DNA of 63,951 nt, the filler included, from Octopus bimaculoides (taxonomy: Eukaryota): assembly GCF_001194135.2 (NCBI RefSeq). It is 11 parts of 9 records of this genome, joined end to end, with 100 filler letters (N's around TTAATTAATTAA, not from the genome) between each part and the next. Parts side by side here need not be neighbours in the genome. Positions count along the whole stretch, not along the records: positions 1 to 6,882 come from NC_068987.1; positions 6,983 to 15,959 come from NC_068995.1; 9 more parts are not named here. One strand, 5' to 3'. The notes below the pieces were generated by a model. The model was not told the DNA's origin. It saw only the letters and a list, made by a program, of their open reading frames with translations, and searched no databases. A program made the position numbers and the translations under genes. Position 1 is the stretch's first letter. Every line of letters starts with the position of its first letter. This document shows positions 1-12,519 of the stretch, piece by piece.

Positions 1-88
1 CTGAAAATAAGAAAAAAAAATGTCTGTTAAACAAATTGTCTCTTGTTTTATTCTCTCTCTAGTTGTTTTTGTTAAATTTTTGTTGCCT

Positions 89-90
89 TA

Positions 91-141
<51 letters not shown>

Positions 142-153
142 CATTATTATTAT
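89..153. repeat. (ATT)n microsatellite, one example of very many simple repeats in the window
   Basis: Direct reading. (TA)n, (CA)n, (GA)n, (TATG)n, (GATA)n, (CTT)n, (CAG)n and (GGT)n tracts recur throughout and explain most ORF-track entries. Confidence 0.95.
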
Positions 154-1174
154 TTGTGGTGGTAGAATTGTTCCTTTTGGTGTTGTTACTGGTGGTGTTG
201 CTGTTGTTACTGTTATTTTGAGGTTCCACTGTCTATACCAAAACGTCCCTTGATAGTTTCTTACATGAATATCCGATATAAAATATGTCTTGAAAACATA
301 AAAGTGGAGAAAAAAAAAATTCCTGCTTTTTTCCTTTTCTTTTTCGTTGCTGATGTTGATGCTGTTATTTTTGTCTTATAGCTTAGTTGTTGTTGTTGTT
401 GTTGCTTTCGTTGGATTGACAGTTTGTGTGTATATTTCGTATTTTTTATTATTCTTCTTCTTATTTGCCTCATTACATCTCAGTTTTATTATCATCATTC
501 ATATATATACATACATACATATATATATNNNNNNNNNNATATATATATTTATACATACATACATACATATATATATATAATATTTAGGCATGTTAAGGCA
601 CATATACACAAATATACACACACATGCACATATATATTTATAACACGTATGTACTCATAAATATGTGTTTTTATGTGTGTGTGGGTGCGCGCATGTGTGT
701 TTTTATGTATGTATTTATGCATGTAAATTATAATATGTGTAATTTCTATGAGGATACCATCTGCTGAAAGTTGCGAAGAAGAGACTAGAAAAAAAAATCT
801 ATAGGAAAATTGAAGAAAATGGAGAAAGGGCAGAAGGCAAAGTAGAGGGGCGAGGAGGAAAAAGCGAAGAAGATAAAGTAAAGAAGTTGGGATCAAGAAA
901 AAAGAGACATAAAATGAAAATTGATAAAATGAAAAAGGAATGGTAAATAAAAAAAAATTGACAGAAGTTAAAAGAAATAGCATAAGCCCGTAAAAAATGA
1001 TTGTGTATATATTTTACATATGTATGCATATATATATATATATGTGTGTGTGCGTGTATGCATTTGTGTATGTATATGTATGTATGTCTATATATATGTG
1101 TGTATGTGTGTGTGTGTGTATGCATGTATATATGTATATATGTATCTATCCTTTTATCTATCTTTCTTTCTTTC

Positions 1175-1248
<74 letters not shown>

Positions 1249-1264
1249 TATGTATGCATGTATA

Positions 1265-1476
1265 TACGAGGTGGTGCCGAAAGTTCCTGGCTTTTAGTAG
1301 AAAACATACAGGAGGATGTGTTAATTATGATTTTATTAAACATATTCCTCTCTCAGATTCACACACTCATTACAGCAATCCTTCAGCTTTTTCTAAAGAA
1401 ATTGGAAGGTTGGGCCTCCGACCAAGCCTTTCGCGATACCTTAAATTCAGAAACTTTTCATCACTACTCACTCGTG
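1265..1476. mobile_element. Mariner-type MITE, degenerate
   Basis: Starts TA-CGAGGTGGTGCCGAAAGTTCCTGG and ends CAGAAACTTTTCATCACTACTCACTCG-T. These are imperfect inverted termini of the TACGAGG mariner type, with no coding content. Confidence 0.6.
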
Positions 1477-1674
1477 TATATGTGTATATAAAAATAATTA
1501 AAAATCAATCTCTGCAATAAGTGAAAAAGGATAAGGACTAGGTTTTAAAAGGAGTAAGTAAAAATAACTGGAGTGACGTTTTACACTTCGGTTAGAACAT
1601 ATGCATTTCAATACATATTATGCTTTCACCAGCAGCTAAACTTACGCAAAACATTATATGTGTGTGCGTGTGTG

Positions 1675-1734
<60 letters not shown>

Positions 1735-2000
1735 GTGAGCAAAATAGATATATGAAAAACAGTATGAGCTATGTCAGGGAAAATAAGATGTGAGTGGATC
1801 TTTTTGAAGTAGTTGAATCGCATATAACAGACGATCGTGTTAGGGATTACACTGCAGCGATTCTGGATTAATAACCTGTCACTTTCTGTCCTTATAGATG
1901 TATATTTCCATAAGCTAACACTCAATTCACCTCATATCACGTAATATATCCGGCAATTCAGCCGACAGTGAGAAGCTGCAAATGTCTTGGATATAACATA

Positions 2001-2238
2001 CAGGGTTGGCCAAAAGTCACCTGATAGTAAATCAAAGTTCCATGAATGCTTAATATTCAATTTTATTTATTCATTCCAATTATGAATGTTTAATAATTGA
2101 TCGCTGTGAGTTAAAATCACCGTTGTTTTTTCAACACTTGTCTATCTATTAGTGAAGTCTCATATCAAATAATCTTTTGTTTTAATCTTGGAATTAAATG
2201 GTTTTGATTTACTGTCAGGGGACTTTTGACCAACCCTG
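2001..2238. mobile_element. Tc1/mariner-class MITE (238 bp) with TA target-site duplication
   Basis: 36-bp TIRs: CAGGGTTGGCCAAAAGTCACCTGATAGTAAATCAAA versus the reverse complement of the right end, CAGGGTTGGTCAAAAGTCCCCTGACAGTAAATCAAA (3 mismatches). TA flanks at 1999-2000 and 2239-2240. Confidence 0.9.
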
Positions 2239-2344
2239 TATATTTATAACATTGTTAAATCGTAACTGTTTATAATATTTTTTTCTGTAGTTTCAGCTCA
2301 GAGCTGCGGCCATGCTGATGCACCGCCGTTTTGCTACACTGTTA

Positions 2345-2665
2345 TTATTGAGAGCCTCCTTCAATATGTTTCACTTGCTGAAGAATGAAGTTTGATGTGG
2401 TTACCCTTATTTGCACCTCTTGCCGTGAAGTAGGTTCATCTGGGAATCTCGACAGGAAGTGGTCCAGCCTTGATTTTAAAATGCCAACATCTACTTTGTG
2501 CAGGTCCCTCAGGCTCTTTGGGAGAATATTAAAAAGCTGTAGGCCCTTGAAACCAAGGCTGTTGCAGTAACTGATCCTGAAGCACGATGGCGTTTCTGGG
2601 ATCGTTGGCACTATGCAGTGTCATCCCATCCTGGCATTGGTGTAGCTTTCAATGCCAAAATTTGG
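2345..2665 (-). mobile_element. CR1/Jockey-like LINE, 3' end of ORF2
   Basis: Translation CNSLGFKGLQLFNILPKSLRDL..VDVGILKSRLDHFLSRFPDEP matches the C-terminal LFN.LP...FK..LD.FL...PDEP motif of CR1-group LINEs. Confidence 0.7.
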
Positions 2666-3350
2666 CCTCAATTCCTTCTAGGATCTTCCTTATGTATACC
2701 TCTGCATACCTCTCCCGCCATCTCTCCGGGAAGTAGAGTCTTATCTGTTTCAGCCTTTCCCAGTATAGAATAAGTCCTGAGGTCAATTTCTTCGACTAAA
2801 ACCCTTTGAGTTGGTGCACCAGCATGGCCGCAGTCAAATGACTGAAACAAGCAAAAGAATAAAAGAATGCACTCGCCAAATGCATAGAGTTACCCATCAG
2901 ATTAATGTAACATGGTTTTTATCATAACTGAACATAAAAACAAACAATATGTATATATGTGTGTATGTGTGTGTATGTGCGTGCGCGCGAGCGTGGGTGT
3001 ATGTGTGCGTGCGTGTGTGCACGGGCGTATGCATATGTATATGTATATGTATAAACAGCGGGATTTACTCAATATATGAAAATAAATGCATGTGTTACTT
3101 TTTAAGTGAATTTGCTGCACATTGAATTAGCATATAAGTGCCTGAGTATTCTACAGTCACATGTACTATTAGCATAATCTTCAGATTGAATCAACGAAAA
3201 ACAACGTTTGACAAGGCTATTTCTACAGTTTCTTTCAACCCAATTTCACTCACAAACCTTGGATCGAACCAAAAATGAGTCACAAGAAATTCTTAGCCAT
3301 TCAGTCGAACTATGCCCATTAATATATGTTGTATTATACAAAACCACATA

Positions 3351-3790
3351 CAGATGTGGCTGTGTGGTAAGAAGCTTGCTTCCTAATCGCATGGTTCCAG
3401 CATCAGTCTCACTGTGTGGCACCATGTGTCTTCTACTATGGCCTCGGTTCAACTACAGCCTTGTGAGTGGGTATGGTAGACGGAAACTGAAAGAAGCCCA
3501 TCGTATATGTGTATGTGTGCATGTATATGTGTGTTTGAGTATGTATATGTGTGTTTTACCCACCACTAGTGTCGGTGAGTTTACCTCCCCGTAACTTAGC
3601 GGTTCGGCAGGCATAAATGTAAGTATATGTCTATCTACATACGTATATGAATATGCATGTATGATCGATAGAATAAGTTACCAGACTTAAAAAAATAGTA
3701 CTGGGGTTCGATCCATGTGATGGAAAATTTTCTTAGGTGCTGCCCCTGCTTGGCCGCAGTCTAATGACTGAAATAAGTAAAGGATAAGAG
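3351..3790 (+). mobile_element. tRNA-derived SINE (family A), near full length
   Basis: tRNA-like head GGCTGTGTGGTAAGAAGCTTGCTTCC..., central (TA/TG) tract and tail GGCCGCAGTC..ATGACTGAAA(C/T)AAGTAAA. The same family recurs at 2670-2870, 12170-12340, 31660-31760, 42785-42985, 44481-44550, 58660-58760 and 59431-59862. Confidence 0.85.
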
Positions 3791-4356
3791 ATACAAGTTA
3801 GACACCAAAATATATAGAGAAGATTATTCGCTTGAAACTACGTTTAGAATCGCTAAATAATTGTTCAACTGATTACGAAGTAGATTTCTGAAAAAGAAAA
3901 AAATCAAATATCAAGAGCGGTGTGTTGTATCGAGATAATATACAGACATGTGTTTCATAAGTATACTTCTCTCTCCGTTTATACACTAGTAACGTCTCAC
4001 GGAAACGCACTCTAAACCCAGCTGAAGTATATACAAACACAGACAGGCACTCACGCAAAGACACATGGTTATACGTGTCTCTTTATGTTTTCGAGTTAAC
4101 GCGTTTCTATGCCATAAACGTGTGTCAGAGTGACTTCATGATTCTGTGTGCATGTGATGTATGTGTTATTTATATACGCTTATATGTCTGCGGGTCATCA
4201 TGTGTAAAACTTTCGCAGTACAGAGAGCCCCTTTTATACTTAATCGTTTCGACATTCGTTCGTATGAGAAACATGCAACTGTGTTTTAAGTACAGAAATG
4301 CCAATAAATGCACAGGGGCATATGCAGTTTTTATAAAAATAGATACCCATGCAAGC

Positions 4357-4400
<44 letters not shown>

Positions 4401-5453
4401 NNNNNNNNNNNNNNNNNNNNNNNNNNNNNNNNNNNNNNNNNNNNNNNNNNNNNNNNNNNNNNNNNNNNNNNNNNNNNNNNNNNNNNNNNNNNNNNNNNNN
4501 NNNNNNNNNNNNNNNNNNNNNNNNNNNNNNNNNNNNNNNNNNNNNNNNNNNNNNNNNNNNNNNNNNNNNNNNNNNNNNNNNNNNNNNNNNNNNNNNNNNN
4601 NNNNNNNNNNNNNNNNNNNNNNNNNNNNNNNNNNNNNNNNNNNNNNNNNNNNNNNNNNNNNNNNNNNNNNNNNNNNNNNNNNNNNNNNNNNNNNNNNNNN
4701 NNNNNNNNNNNNNNNATATATATATATATATATATATACATAGTTATGCATATACGTGAGTATATTTCTATCTACATTCGTACATGAATATATATATGCA
4801 TGCATACTTGTACATAAATACATAAATACAAACACACACATGCATACACACACATACGTGCATACGCTTCTTCACTTACATATTTCATGTCTGTATTTCG
4901 ACACGTTTTGCGACTGTATAGAAAGAAAGAAGCCTAGACATAAGGACAACATTCTTTTTGCTCAGAATTCATGCAACAATATATCCCACTAATCAAATAC
5001 TGATGTTTTCGACAAAAAACTATTTATTTTTACAGATTTAGTAATGGACCAAAATGTCAAAATTGAAAGTATTATCGACGTGCTTTCCTTGAGAATATTA
5101 TTCGTACTCTAGCTATCCACTACATACATACTGCGTTATTTAAGCAACTGTTCGAAAGATTAAAGCCCTTGCGCTACAGTCACTTATTTTTGTTCGAAGG
5201 GAGAAAATCCTTTTCTATTTTGTCGTTAGTGAAGTTAAAAAGCTCAGTAGTACTGTATGATCTTTATATCTTCATAACATTGCAGTTCGGCAAGAGGAAA
5301 AGATAGAATAAGAATCAGATTTAAAAACATAAGTTCTGCGGATCATTTTCCTCGACTGAAACAATTTAAAGCGGTGCACTAGTAAGGTTGCAGTCAAATT
5401 ACTGAAACTCGTAAAAGATAATTGAAAAAAGGACAATACATACATTGATACAC

Positions 5454-5497
<44 letters not shown>

Positions 5498-6264
5498 NNN
5501 NNNNNNNNNNNNNNNNNNNNNNNNNNNNNNNNNNNNNNNNNNNNNNNNNNNNNNNNNNNNNNNNNNNNNNNNNNNNNNNNNNNNNNNNNNNNNNNNNNNN
5601 NNNNNNNNNNNNNNNNNNNNNNNNNNNNNNNNNNNNNNNNNNNNNNNNNNNNNNNNNNNNNNNNNNNNNNNNNNNNNNNNNNNNNNNNNNNNNNNNNNNN
5701 NNNNNNNNNNNNNNNNNNNNNNNNNNNNNNNNNNNNNNNNNNNNNNNNNNNNNNNNNNNNNNNNNNNNNNNNNNNNNNNNNNNNNNNNNNNNNNNNNNNN
5801 NNNNNNNNNNNNNNNNNNNNNNNNNNNNNNNNNNNNNNNNNNNNNNNNNNNNNNNNNNNNNNNNNNNNNNNNNNNNNNNNNNNNNNNNNNNNNNNNNNNN
5901 NNNNNNNNNNNNNNNNNNNNNNNNNNNNNNNNNNNNNNNNNNNNNNNNNNNNNNNNNNNNNNNNNNNNNNNNNNNNNNNNNNNNNNNNNNNNNNNNNNNN
6001 NNNNNNNNNNNNNNNNNNNNNNNNNNNNNNNNNNNNNNNNNNNNNNNNNNNNNNNNNNNNNNNNNNNNNNNNNNNNNNNNNNNNNNNNNNNNNNNNNNNN
6101 NNNNNNNNNNNNNNNNNNNNNNNNNNNNNNNNNNNNNNNNNNNNNNNNNNNNNNNNNNNTATATACACATATATAATATATAGGGAGAGAGGGAAAATGA
6201 GCGAGAGAGAGAGAGTGGGACAGAGAGACAGACAGATAGATAGATAGATAGATAGACAGACAGA

Positions 6265-6720
6265 CATGTCATTATTCAGTTTTATTTCAAGGTTACTTGC
6301 CAATAGAGAAAGAGCCAGTTTCTAACGTAGATGCAAGGAACCTTCATTGGAATTTCAGCATCAGAAACAGGGTGTTTTGTATGTATGTATGTATGTATGT
6401 ATTTATGTATGTATTTATGTATGTACGTATGTACTTACCTATGTATGTATGTATGTATGTATGTATGTATTTATGCATGTATGTATATATGTAGGTATCT
6501 ATGTAGGTATACGTGCAGATTTGCATGTTTTGTTTTATGTATGTCTTCTTATGCATATACTTGCATATCTAGACACGCTCATATATACTTAAATGATAAA
6601 CTTCTGGAAAGTTTCACAGATTTTTACAGTTTCTGTTATGGCTTGGATTTCTAGTCTTCGAATTAGCTCTCTCCTTTCTGGTTTTATGTATGTATGTATG
6701 TATGTATGTATGTATGTATG

Positions 6721-6751
<31 letters not shown>

Positions 6752-6882
6752 ATCTTCCAGCTGGTTACCATGAGCTCGTTTCAAAGTTTTAGCAACTCAA
6801 AGATTTTTAAAGAAAATCTGGTATTTCAGAAAACCAGCGATGTTTGTGTATGCAACAAGTGATTCATAGGAGAGTTCAATTG
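6265..6882 (-). mobile_element. R4/Dong/HERO-like (REL-endonuclease) LINE, 3' end with (TATG)n expansions
   Basis: KPERRELIRRLEIQAITETVKICETFQKFII and the 3' UTR are nearly the same as the copy at 53822-55000. Confidence 0.75.
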
Positions 6883-6982
6883 NNNNNNNNNNNNNNNNNN
6901 NNNNNNNNNNNNNNNNNNNNNNNNNNTTAATTAATTAANNNNNNNNNNNNNNNNNNNNNNNNNNNNNNNNNNNNNNNNNNNN
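6883..6982. other. Artificial scaffold linker (44 N + TTAATTAATTAA + 44 N), first of ten
   Basis: Identical 100-bp linkers at 6883-6982, 15960-16059, 20319-20418, 22316-22415, 27044-27143, 45971-46070, 48125-48224, 51959-52058, 59303-59402 and 62277-62376. The motif places stops in all six frames. Confidence 0.95.
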
Positions 6983-7439
6983 TTATTTTAAAGAGATTGT
7001 AGTGATTTGATGAATATATACAAATCGAAATGAAATATAGACAAACGTTACAGTGCAAAGAATTAGCATTTTACTTGTTTTTAGCCCCATCAAGACATTC
7101 ATATCTCTTTATACACATCTATATGCTTATTGAATTTAAAATTTTTAAAACTTACTTTCTTGCATATTTAGAATCTCTGTCATCTAAAACGGGGGGGGGT
7201 CGAAAAAGTTTTAGGGTGGGGTGCATATTTGTAATCTCCAATATCTTTAAATGTAGGGATCAAAAAAAAATTTTTTTTTTTTAATGCACTTTTCAAGGAG
7301 AGGTGTGAAATTGTATTAGTCCAAATACCTTTCAAACGGCATACAAAAAAAAACATTTAAAAAAGGTGAGAGTTATAATCTTGCCAACAAAATTCCTGTA
7401 TGCCAAAAACAAACTGTCAGAGGTACCATGCATATTGCA

Positions 7440-8115
7440 ATATTTAGCCTTATTGTGGCATTATTAGGTTCAGCAAAGCTCTCACTGGTTCACACGGGAA
7501 TGATGTGGGAGGTCATTATATGCCTGCTAGCAGTCCAATAATTTTGGTTCCTGGCAGCAGGTGCCTGTTAATTATAGGCAATAACATAGCTGCACTCCTG
7601 ACGTGGACAGTGACTAAAACGCATTTTAGTCTACTACATTCAATCATTCCAAGAACCCAGTGGTCTTGCTGATAATGATTGCGATGTTACTTCCTTTGCA
7701 TGAACTTGGATTCATCAATTTCCACATCTTGCCCTCCAAGTTGCACGAGGTTGTCATTGTACCAGTTAACAATTGCTTCTGATGCAATTCCAACTTCCCT
7801 AATTGCAACATTATGTTTATTATCCATCTCAGCCCAGTAATGCATCAACTCTTAACAGGAGGGTCAATGGTAGATGGGCATCTGGAAAAACAAATCCTGT
7901 CTGATGCTCCGATATCAATGGCGAACAGCACACCTCCACATTCCTCCTTTGGATACTCTATTCCATAGTGAAAGGAACATAGGCTGGTTACAACACTCAG
8001 AGTTGTCGACCAACCCCACAGATGCCAGGAGTTGGGTTGTTGAATTCATGTCATTTGATATGACATGAATGTCTAGTAGAATGCAATTTCTTTGAGTCAG
8101 GTCATTAATAGGCAT
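7440..8115 (-). mobile_element. Merlin (IS1595/IS1016-like) DNA transposase pseudogene
   Basis: Minus-strand translation, with stops and frameshifts: LASVGLVDNSECCNQPMFL...WRC (zinc ribbon), LMHYWAE...IVNWYN..LGGQDVEIDESKFMQRK*HR, HWVLGMIE...CVLVTV..RSAAMLLPIINRHLLPGTKII(T)DC*QAYNDL..H.RVN. These are Merlin DDE motifs (VEIDESKF, WVFG.IE, SDCW.AY, H..VNH). Confidence 0.85.
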
Positions 8116-8579
8116 GACAGATTCAACTATCCCGTATAATCCTGGGATCTAATGGTGGGTGTGGTAAGAGTGGATCCTATACCTTAGATGTCAGAAAATA
8201 TGACCTAGAGTCTGTTGCCAGATGTGTGTATGTGTGCTAATTAGAGGAATGGAAATGGCACTCATCTCCAATGAATATAGTAAAATACAGTCCTTTCGAA
8301 ACAACTTTGCATCAAGGAACTTCCAATTCATAACAAGAATTGAATTAAAGGTCTCTGTTTACAACACACACTCACCCCTACTTAATCAGCTTAGACAAAT
8401 CAAAGAATTTTTTATTTACATTTGATGGATATTTGTCCTCATCTTGTTCGTTGTTATCATAGTCAACCAAATCCAATATCAAAAAGTCAGAAACCATCAT
8501 AAAAACTTCGTCATTTTATCTCTACCTGTTTAATCTATGCAGGATTCACATGTGCATAAGCACATTCATACACTCACAC

Positions 8580-9640
8580 AAACATATATACTTACTGTTC
8601 AAAATCCTTGCCAAAATTGGCTGTTCTCCAAGACTCCTCCGGATTGTCCGAACATTTAACGTGGATATGAAAGGCGTTGTTCAGTTTGATGGCTCTTCAG
8701 AAGCATTCAGCATACGTAGCAGCATTAAGCAGGGCTGTGTGCCTTCTCCCCACCCTGTTTGGCATCTGCTTTGCAGTCATGCTGGAACATGCATTTAGGA
8801 CATCAACTGATGCTTACCTTCACACCAGATGTGATAGTAAACTGTTCGGTCTGTCATGGCTGAAAGTAAAATCCATGGTGCACCAGGTAGCGGGAAAATG
8901 CTGTTCATGGACTATGCAGCACTGACAGCACACTCTGAGGAGCAAATGCAGCACCTTGTGGACAATTTCTTGAAGGCCAAAGTACTGAGCACACACACCT
9001 CACCACCATCAACAACTACAAGCTGGGGGTAGTCCATCAATTCACCTACCTTGGCTCTATCATCACTGATGACCACTCCCTGGACCTAAGACTAACATGT
9101 GAATTGGACAAGCATCCTCCACATTTGCCAGACTCACCGAGATTGCTATTGTAAGACATGCATCCTTAGTACACCACAGCAGTGAGATGTGTAGCCTCTA
9201 CTTAGGACAGCAGCATCTCAGTATCTTCCACTTTCGTAATTGGATATCAAATGCACCAACCACGGCAAGATACCCAGTGCAGTCACTCTGCTCCAGAAGC
9301 GTCCCAAAAGATTTCCTGTATGGGGAGCTGGCCGGTAACATGACGACAACCTCATTTTCGTTTCCAGGACGTCTGCTAGCGAGATATGAAGTTGCTTGAT
9401 CTGGGAGGAGGTCACAAATGGTCACCCACACAGGAGATATACTGCAAATGGGAAAAATGAACAGGAACTCGCAGCCAAAGAAAAATGCACTCAACGGGTG
9501 GAAATACCAATAGCGCTGACAAAACTCCTTCAAATACAATCACTGTATGTATGACTGCCACTCCCGTGTATGCTGCAGCTGACATAATTTCTTCAGATGC
9601 AGGTCCCAAGACCAACAGATACTTATTACTCTCCAATATG
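8580..9640 (+). mobile_element. RTE-clade LINE, decayed RT and C-terminus
   Basis: KILAKIGCSPRLLRIVRTF..DMKGVVQFDG.SEAFSIRSSIKQGCV, PTLFGICFAVML and ALTAHSEEQMQHLVDNF are BovB/RTE-like RT motifs, with multiple frameshifts. Confidence 0.8.
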
Positions 9641-9806
9641 CTTGCTTATACACCCTTTGTAAGCTTGAGGTGAACCATCATCAATGTCCACCTTTTGTGT
9701 TGGCATGGGTTGTGCAGTTTTGGCTTCTAAATGTTGACCTGTTTGATATTTCGTTTGACTTCTGAAGTTTAAAGCTCAATTATTTATATTACTTCTTATA
9801 TTTTAG

Positions 9807-9938
9807 ACTGAAAGATCATTTCAAAAGCAGCCAACGGTATTCTTAAACAGGAAAGAAGTGCTTAAAACTACTAAAAAGCAGAAGAAATCTTTGAGATATG
9901 TACGAAATGTTGGACTTGGTTTCAAAACCCCAAAAGAG
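9807..9938 (+). CDS. RPS11: 40S ribosomal protein S11 (uS17), coding exon 2 (first exon found)
   Basis: ttttag|ACT GAA AGA...CCA AAA GAG|gtactt, 132 nt, phase 0-0. Encodes TERSFQKQPTVFLNRKEVLKTTKKQKKSLRYVRNVGLGFKTPKE. Confidence 0.95.
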
Positions 9939-10051
9939 GTACTTATATTTATGTCTTGGTGTGTATGAATGCCATATTATACGATTATTTCTAGTTAATC
10001 TTGAGAAATGGGTTAGTTTGATTGCACAACTGTTTTATTTATATTTTGCAG

Positions 10052-10257
10052 GCCATTGAGGGAACTTACATTGACAAAAAGTGTCCATTCACTGGTAATG
10101 TTAGTATTCGTGGGCGCATCCTTACTGGCACTGTTCTTAAAATGAAAATGACAAGAACAATTGTTGTAAGAAGGGATTATCTCCACTATGTAAAGAAATA
10201 CAATAGATTCGAAAAAAGACATAAAAATATGTCAGTGCATATGAGTCCTTGTTTTAG
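10052..10257 (+). CDS. RPS11: 40S ribosomal protein S11 (uS17), coding exon 3
   Basis: ttgcag|GCC ATT GAG...TTT AG|gtaaga, 206 nt, phase 0-2. Encodes [68 protein letters not shown](R). Confidence 0.97.
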
Positions 10258-10340
10258 GTAAGAATTTTTATTTGAAACCATTTGCAATTTATTTATTTTA
10301 GTATTCTTCCCATATATTAATTTCACCTTTATTTCTCCAG

Positions 10341-10464
10341 GGATGTGCAAATTGGAGATGTTGTGACTATGGGTGAATGTAGACCACTGAGCAAGACAGT
10401 ACGATTCAATGTATTGAAAGTCTCAAAAGGTTCATCTGGCAAGAAATCATTCTCTAAATTCTAA
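10341..10464 (+). CDS. RPS11: 40S ribosomal protein S11 (uS17), last coding exon
   Basis: ctccag|G GAT GTG CAA...TTC TAA, 124 nt. Encodes (R)[40 protein letters not shown]. The reading frame is intact across all three exons. Confidence 0.97.
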
Positions 10465-10479
10465 TGTATGAGTTACATC

Positions 10480-10485
10480 AATAAA
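10480..10485 (+). terminator. Polyadenylation signal AATAAA of RPS11
   Basis: Canonical hexamer 15 nt after the stop, followed by a T-rich downstream region. Short 3' UTRs are typical of RP mRNAs. Confidence 0.75.
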
Positions 10486-10829
10486 TTTGTGAACCCTTGA
10501 CAATAGTGTTTCTTATTTAATTAGATGTTTACAGGTTTTAATTCTTTCATTATTATATTTCTATCCAAAATACACTAACTTGTTTCAACTAAATTCTAAG
10601 ATAATTGTGAATTTAGACTGGTTTAACAAAAGGTTCTTAACCGAATCTATTTCATAATTTTTGTCTCAAGGCAAATCTAATTACAGATAAAGTCAATAAA
10701 CTAGAGAACGAGTTATTAGCTAATATTTAATGTGTACAAGAAAAGTTTAATTTTGCTGAATTGTGCAAATCAGTTTACATACTGAAATTATGTTTTCACA
10801 AATCCTCATCATTAAATGTCTACTTTCCA

Positions 10830-11410
10830 TGCTGGCATAGGGTAGGTGGTTTGATTGGAACTGGTAAGCTAGAGAGCTACATCAGGTTCCAATCTGATTT
10901 TGGCTTGGTTTCTATGGCTGGATACCTTCCTAACCAACCACTTTGAGAGTGTAGTAGGTGCTTTTATGTATCACCAACTCTGGCTACAACTATGATTTCA
11001 TTTGGATTGTGCTGAGTCTTCTCCAGCACAGTAAATCACCAAAAGTCTCAATCATTTGTCATTGCCTCCGTGAGACCCCATATTTGGAGATCTTGTTTCC
11101 ACAGCTGTCCTCCTTCATACACATTACATAACCATACCAGTGCAGTCCTCTCTTGCGCACCATATCTTCCTAATTTTTCTCTCAAGACACACTATGTTGT
11201 ACATGCACATCCAGTGGAGCATACTAGTTTTTTTTTTTTTTCTTTCAAGCCTTTGCAGTCACTGCCATGTAGCATGGCTTCTCTTACACCTCGGCATCAC
11301 ACTGAGGGAGGCTCTTTGTTACCAACAAAGGTGGAAGCTCTTTGAACTTTGTCCAGCCTATTCTTATGCTCTCAAGCATCCACCTCTGCTGCTGACTTGG
11401 TTACCTAGAT
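10830..11410 (-). mobile_element. RTE LINE 3' fragment, degenerate
   Basis: Resembles the 13331-14400 copy (3' UTR CCATGCTGGCATGGG..., and the RWYG/HV and KKTW regions of the RT C-terminus). Confidence 0.6.
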
Positions 11411-12519
11411 AATGAAAGCTATCAACTACTAAGTATCCCCTGGCATCTATTTTCTACACTGAGATTCTCATGAACGAAATCAATCTACATATTGAAATAA
11501 ATATATAATGTATTCTAGGTGCATAAATCTTCAGTGATGAAAGTATCTTGTTTCTATGAACAAGTGATGACTACAAATATGAGTGTCCAGCAAATATATA
11601 ATTTTGATATGCTTGATCTTGTTTTCAAATGCCTTTTATTTTAGCTGTACTTATATAAATTAAATCAGCTTGCAAATACACATTCACTTTCTTAAATTTA
11701 TACTCAGGCTGTGCCAGAGTCGCCACTAATATATATTTATATATTTACATACACACATATTTTGTCAGTGTATGTGCATTTATGTATGCATCTATACATG
11801 TATGAAGTATTATTTTTCTTGGTAATAAAACATTGGCTCTAAATATGAAAGGTGGAAAAAAATGTATTAAACATACCCTGCACAATGTACATGAAAATGG
11901 AGTAGGCATGATCCAAGAGCAAAAGTAAGCTTCAGATGGATCAACTCTAGTGTAGACCACAGGGTGAAGAAATGCCAAGTAAACAGAACCTTAAGATGTG
12001 AGAGAAAGTGGTGATGGTTTATCTCAGGAGGCTAGGCCGCAGGTCTGCAGCTACAACTAGCATGGCATTACACTGTAGAAGACATGTTCAAAATATGCCA
12101 GCATAGAAAAATGGAAATGTAATGGTGATGGCATGTGTGCGTGTATACAGAATGTATATACCACCTTTTATTCTTTTACTTCTTTCAATTGTTGGATTGC
12201 GGCTGTGCTGGAGTACTGCCTTGGGAGTTTGGGTTGAATTAATTGCTCGCAGCACTTATTTGGGTGGGGAGGGGGCTGATACTTATTTTATTGGTTTCTA
12301 TTGGCAAACTACTATGTTGCAGGGATGTAAGCTTGCCAGGTGATGGGGAACAAAGACACGTGAATATATACTATGGGCTTCTTTCAGGTTTTGTCTTCAA
12401 AATATACTCGTGTGGCTATGGTGTGTAATGGTGAAAGAGACATTGGAACACTACTAGTGAAAGCAAGTACTGATGATGTATTTGCTAGGGAGAAGTGGAA
12501 AGCAGCATTGAGTCAGCCT

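Noticed and set aside
3351-3430. tRNA genes at tRNA-like heads (also 27875 and 59431)
   Set aside because: They continue into repeated SINE bodies and lack a complete cloverleaf, so they are SINE heads. No rRNA, bona fide tRNA or CRISPR array was seen.
4075-6303. Long ORFs (200-400 aa) here and at 23424-25877, 29284-30499 and 55851-57098
   Set aside because: They consist of N runs and dinucleotide or trinucleotide repeats (YIYI, VCVC, HTHT) and are not coding.
11534-11590. Two GTGATGA C-box-like motifs as a C/D snoRNA near RPS11
   Set aside because: There is no downstream CTGA D box or terminal stem, and the site is outside the gene's introns.
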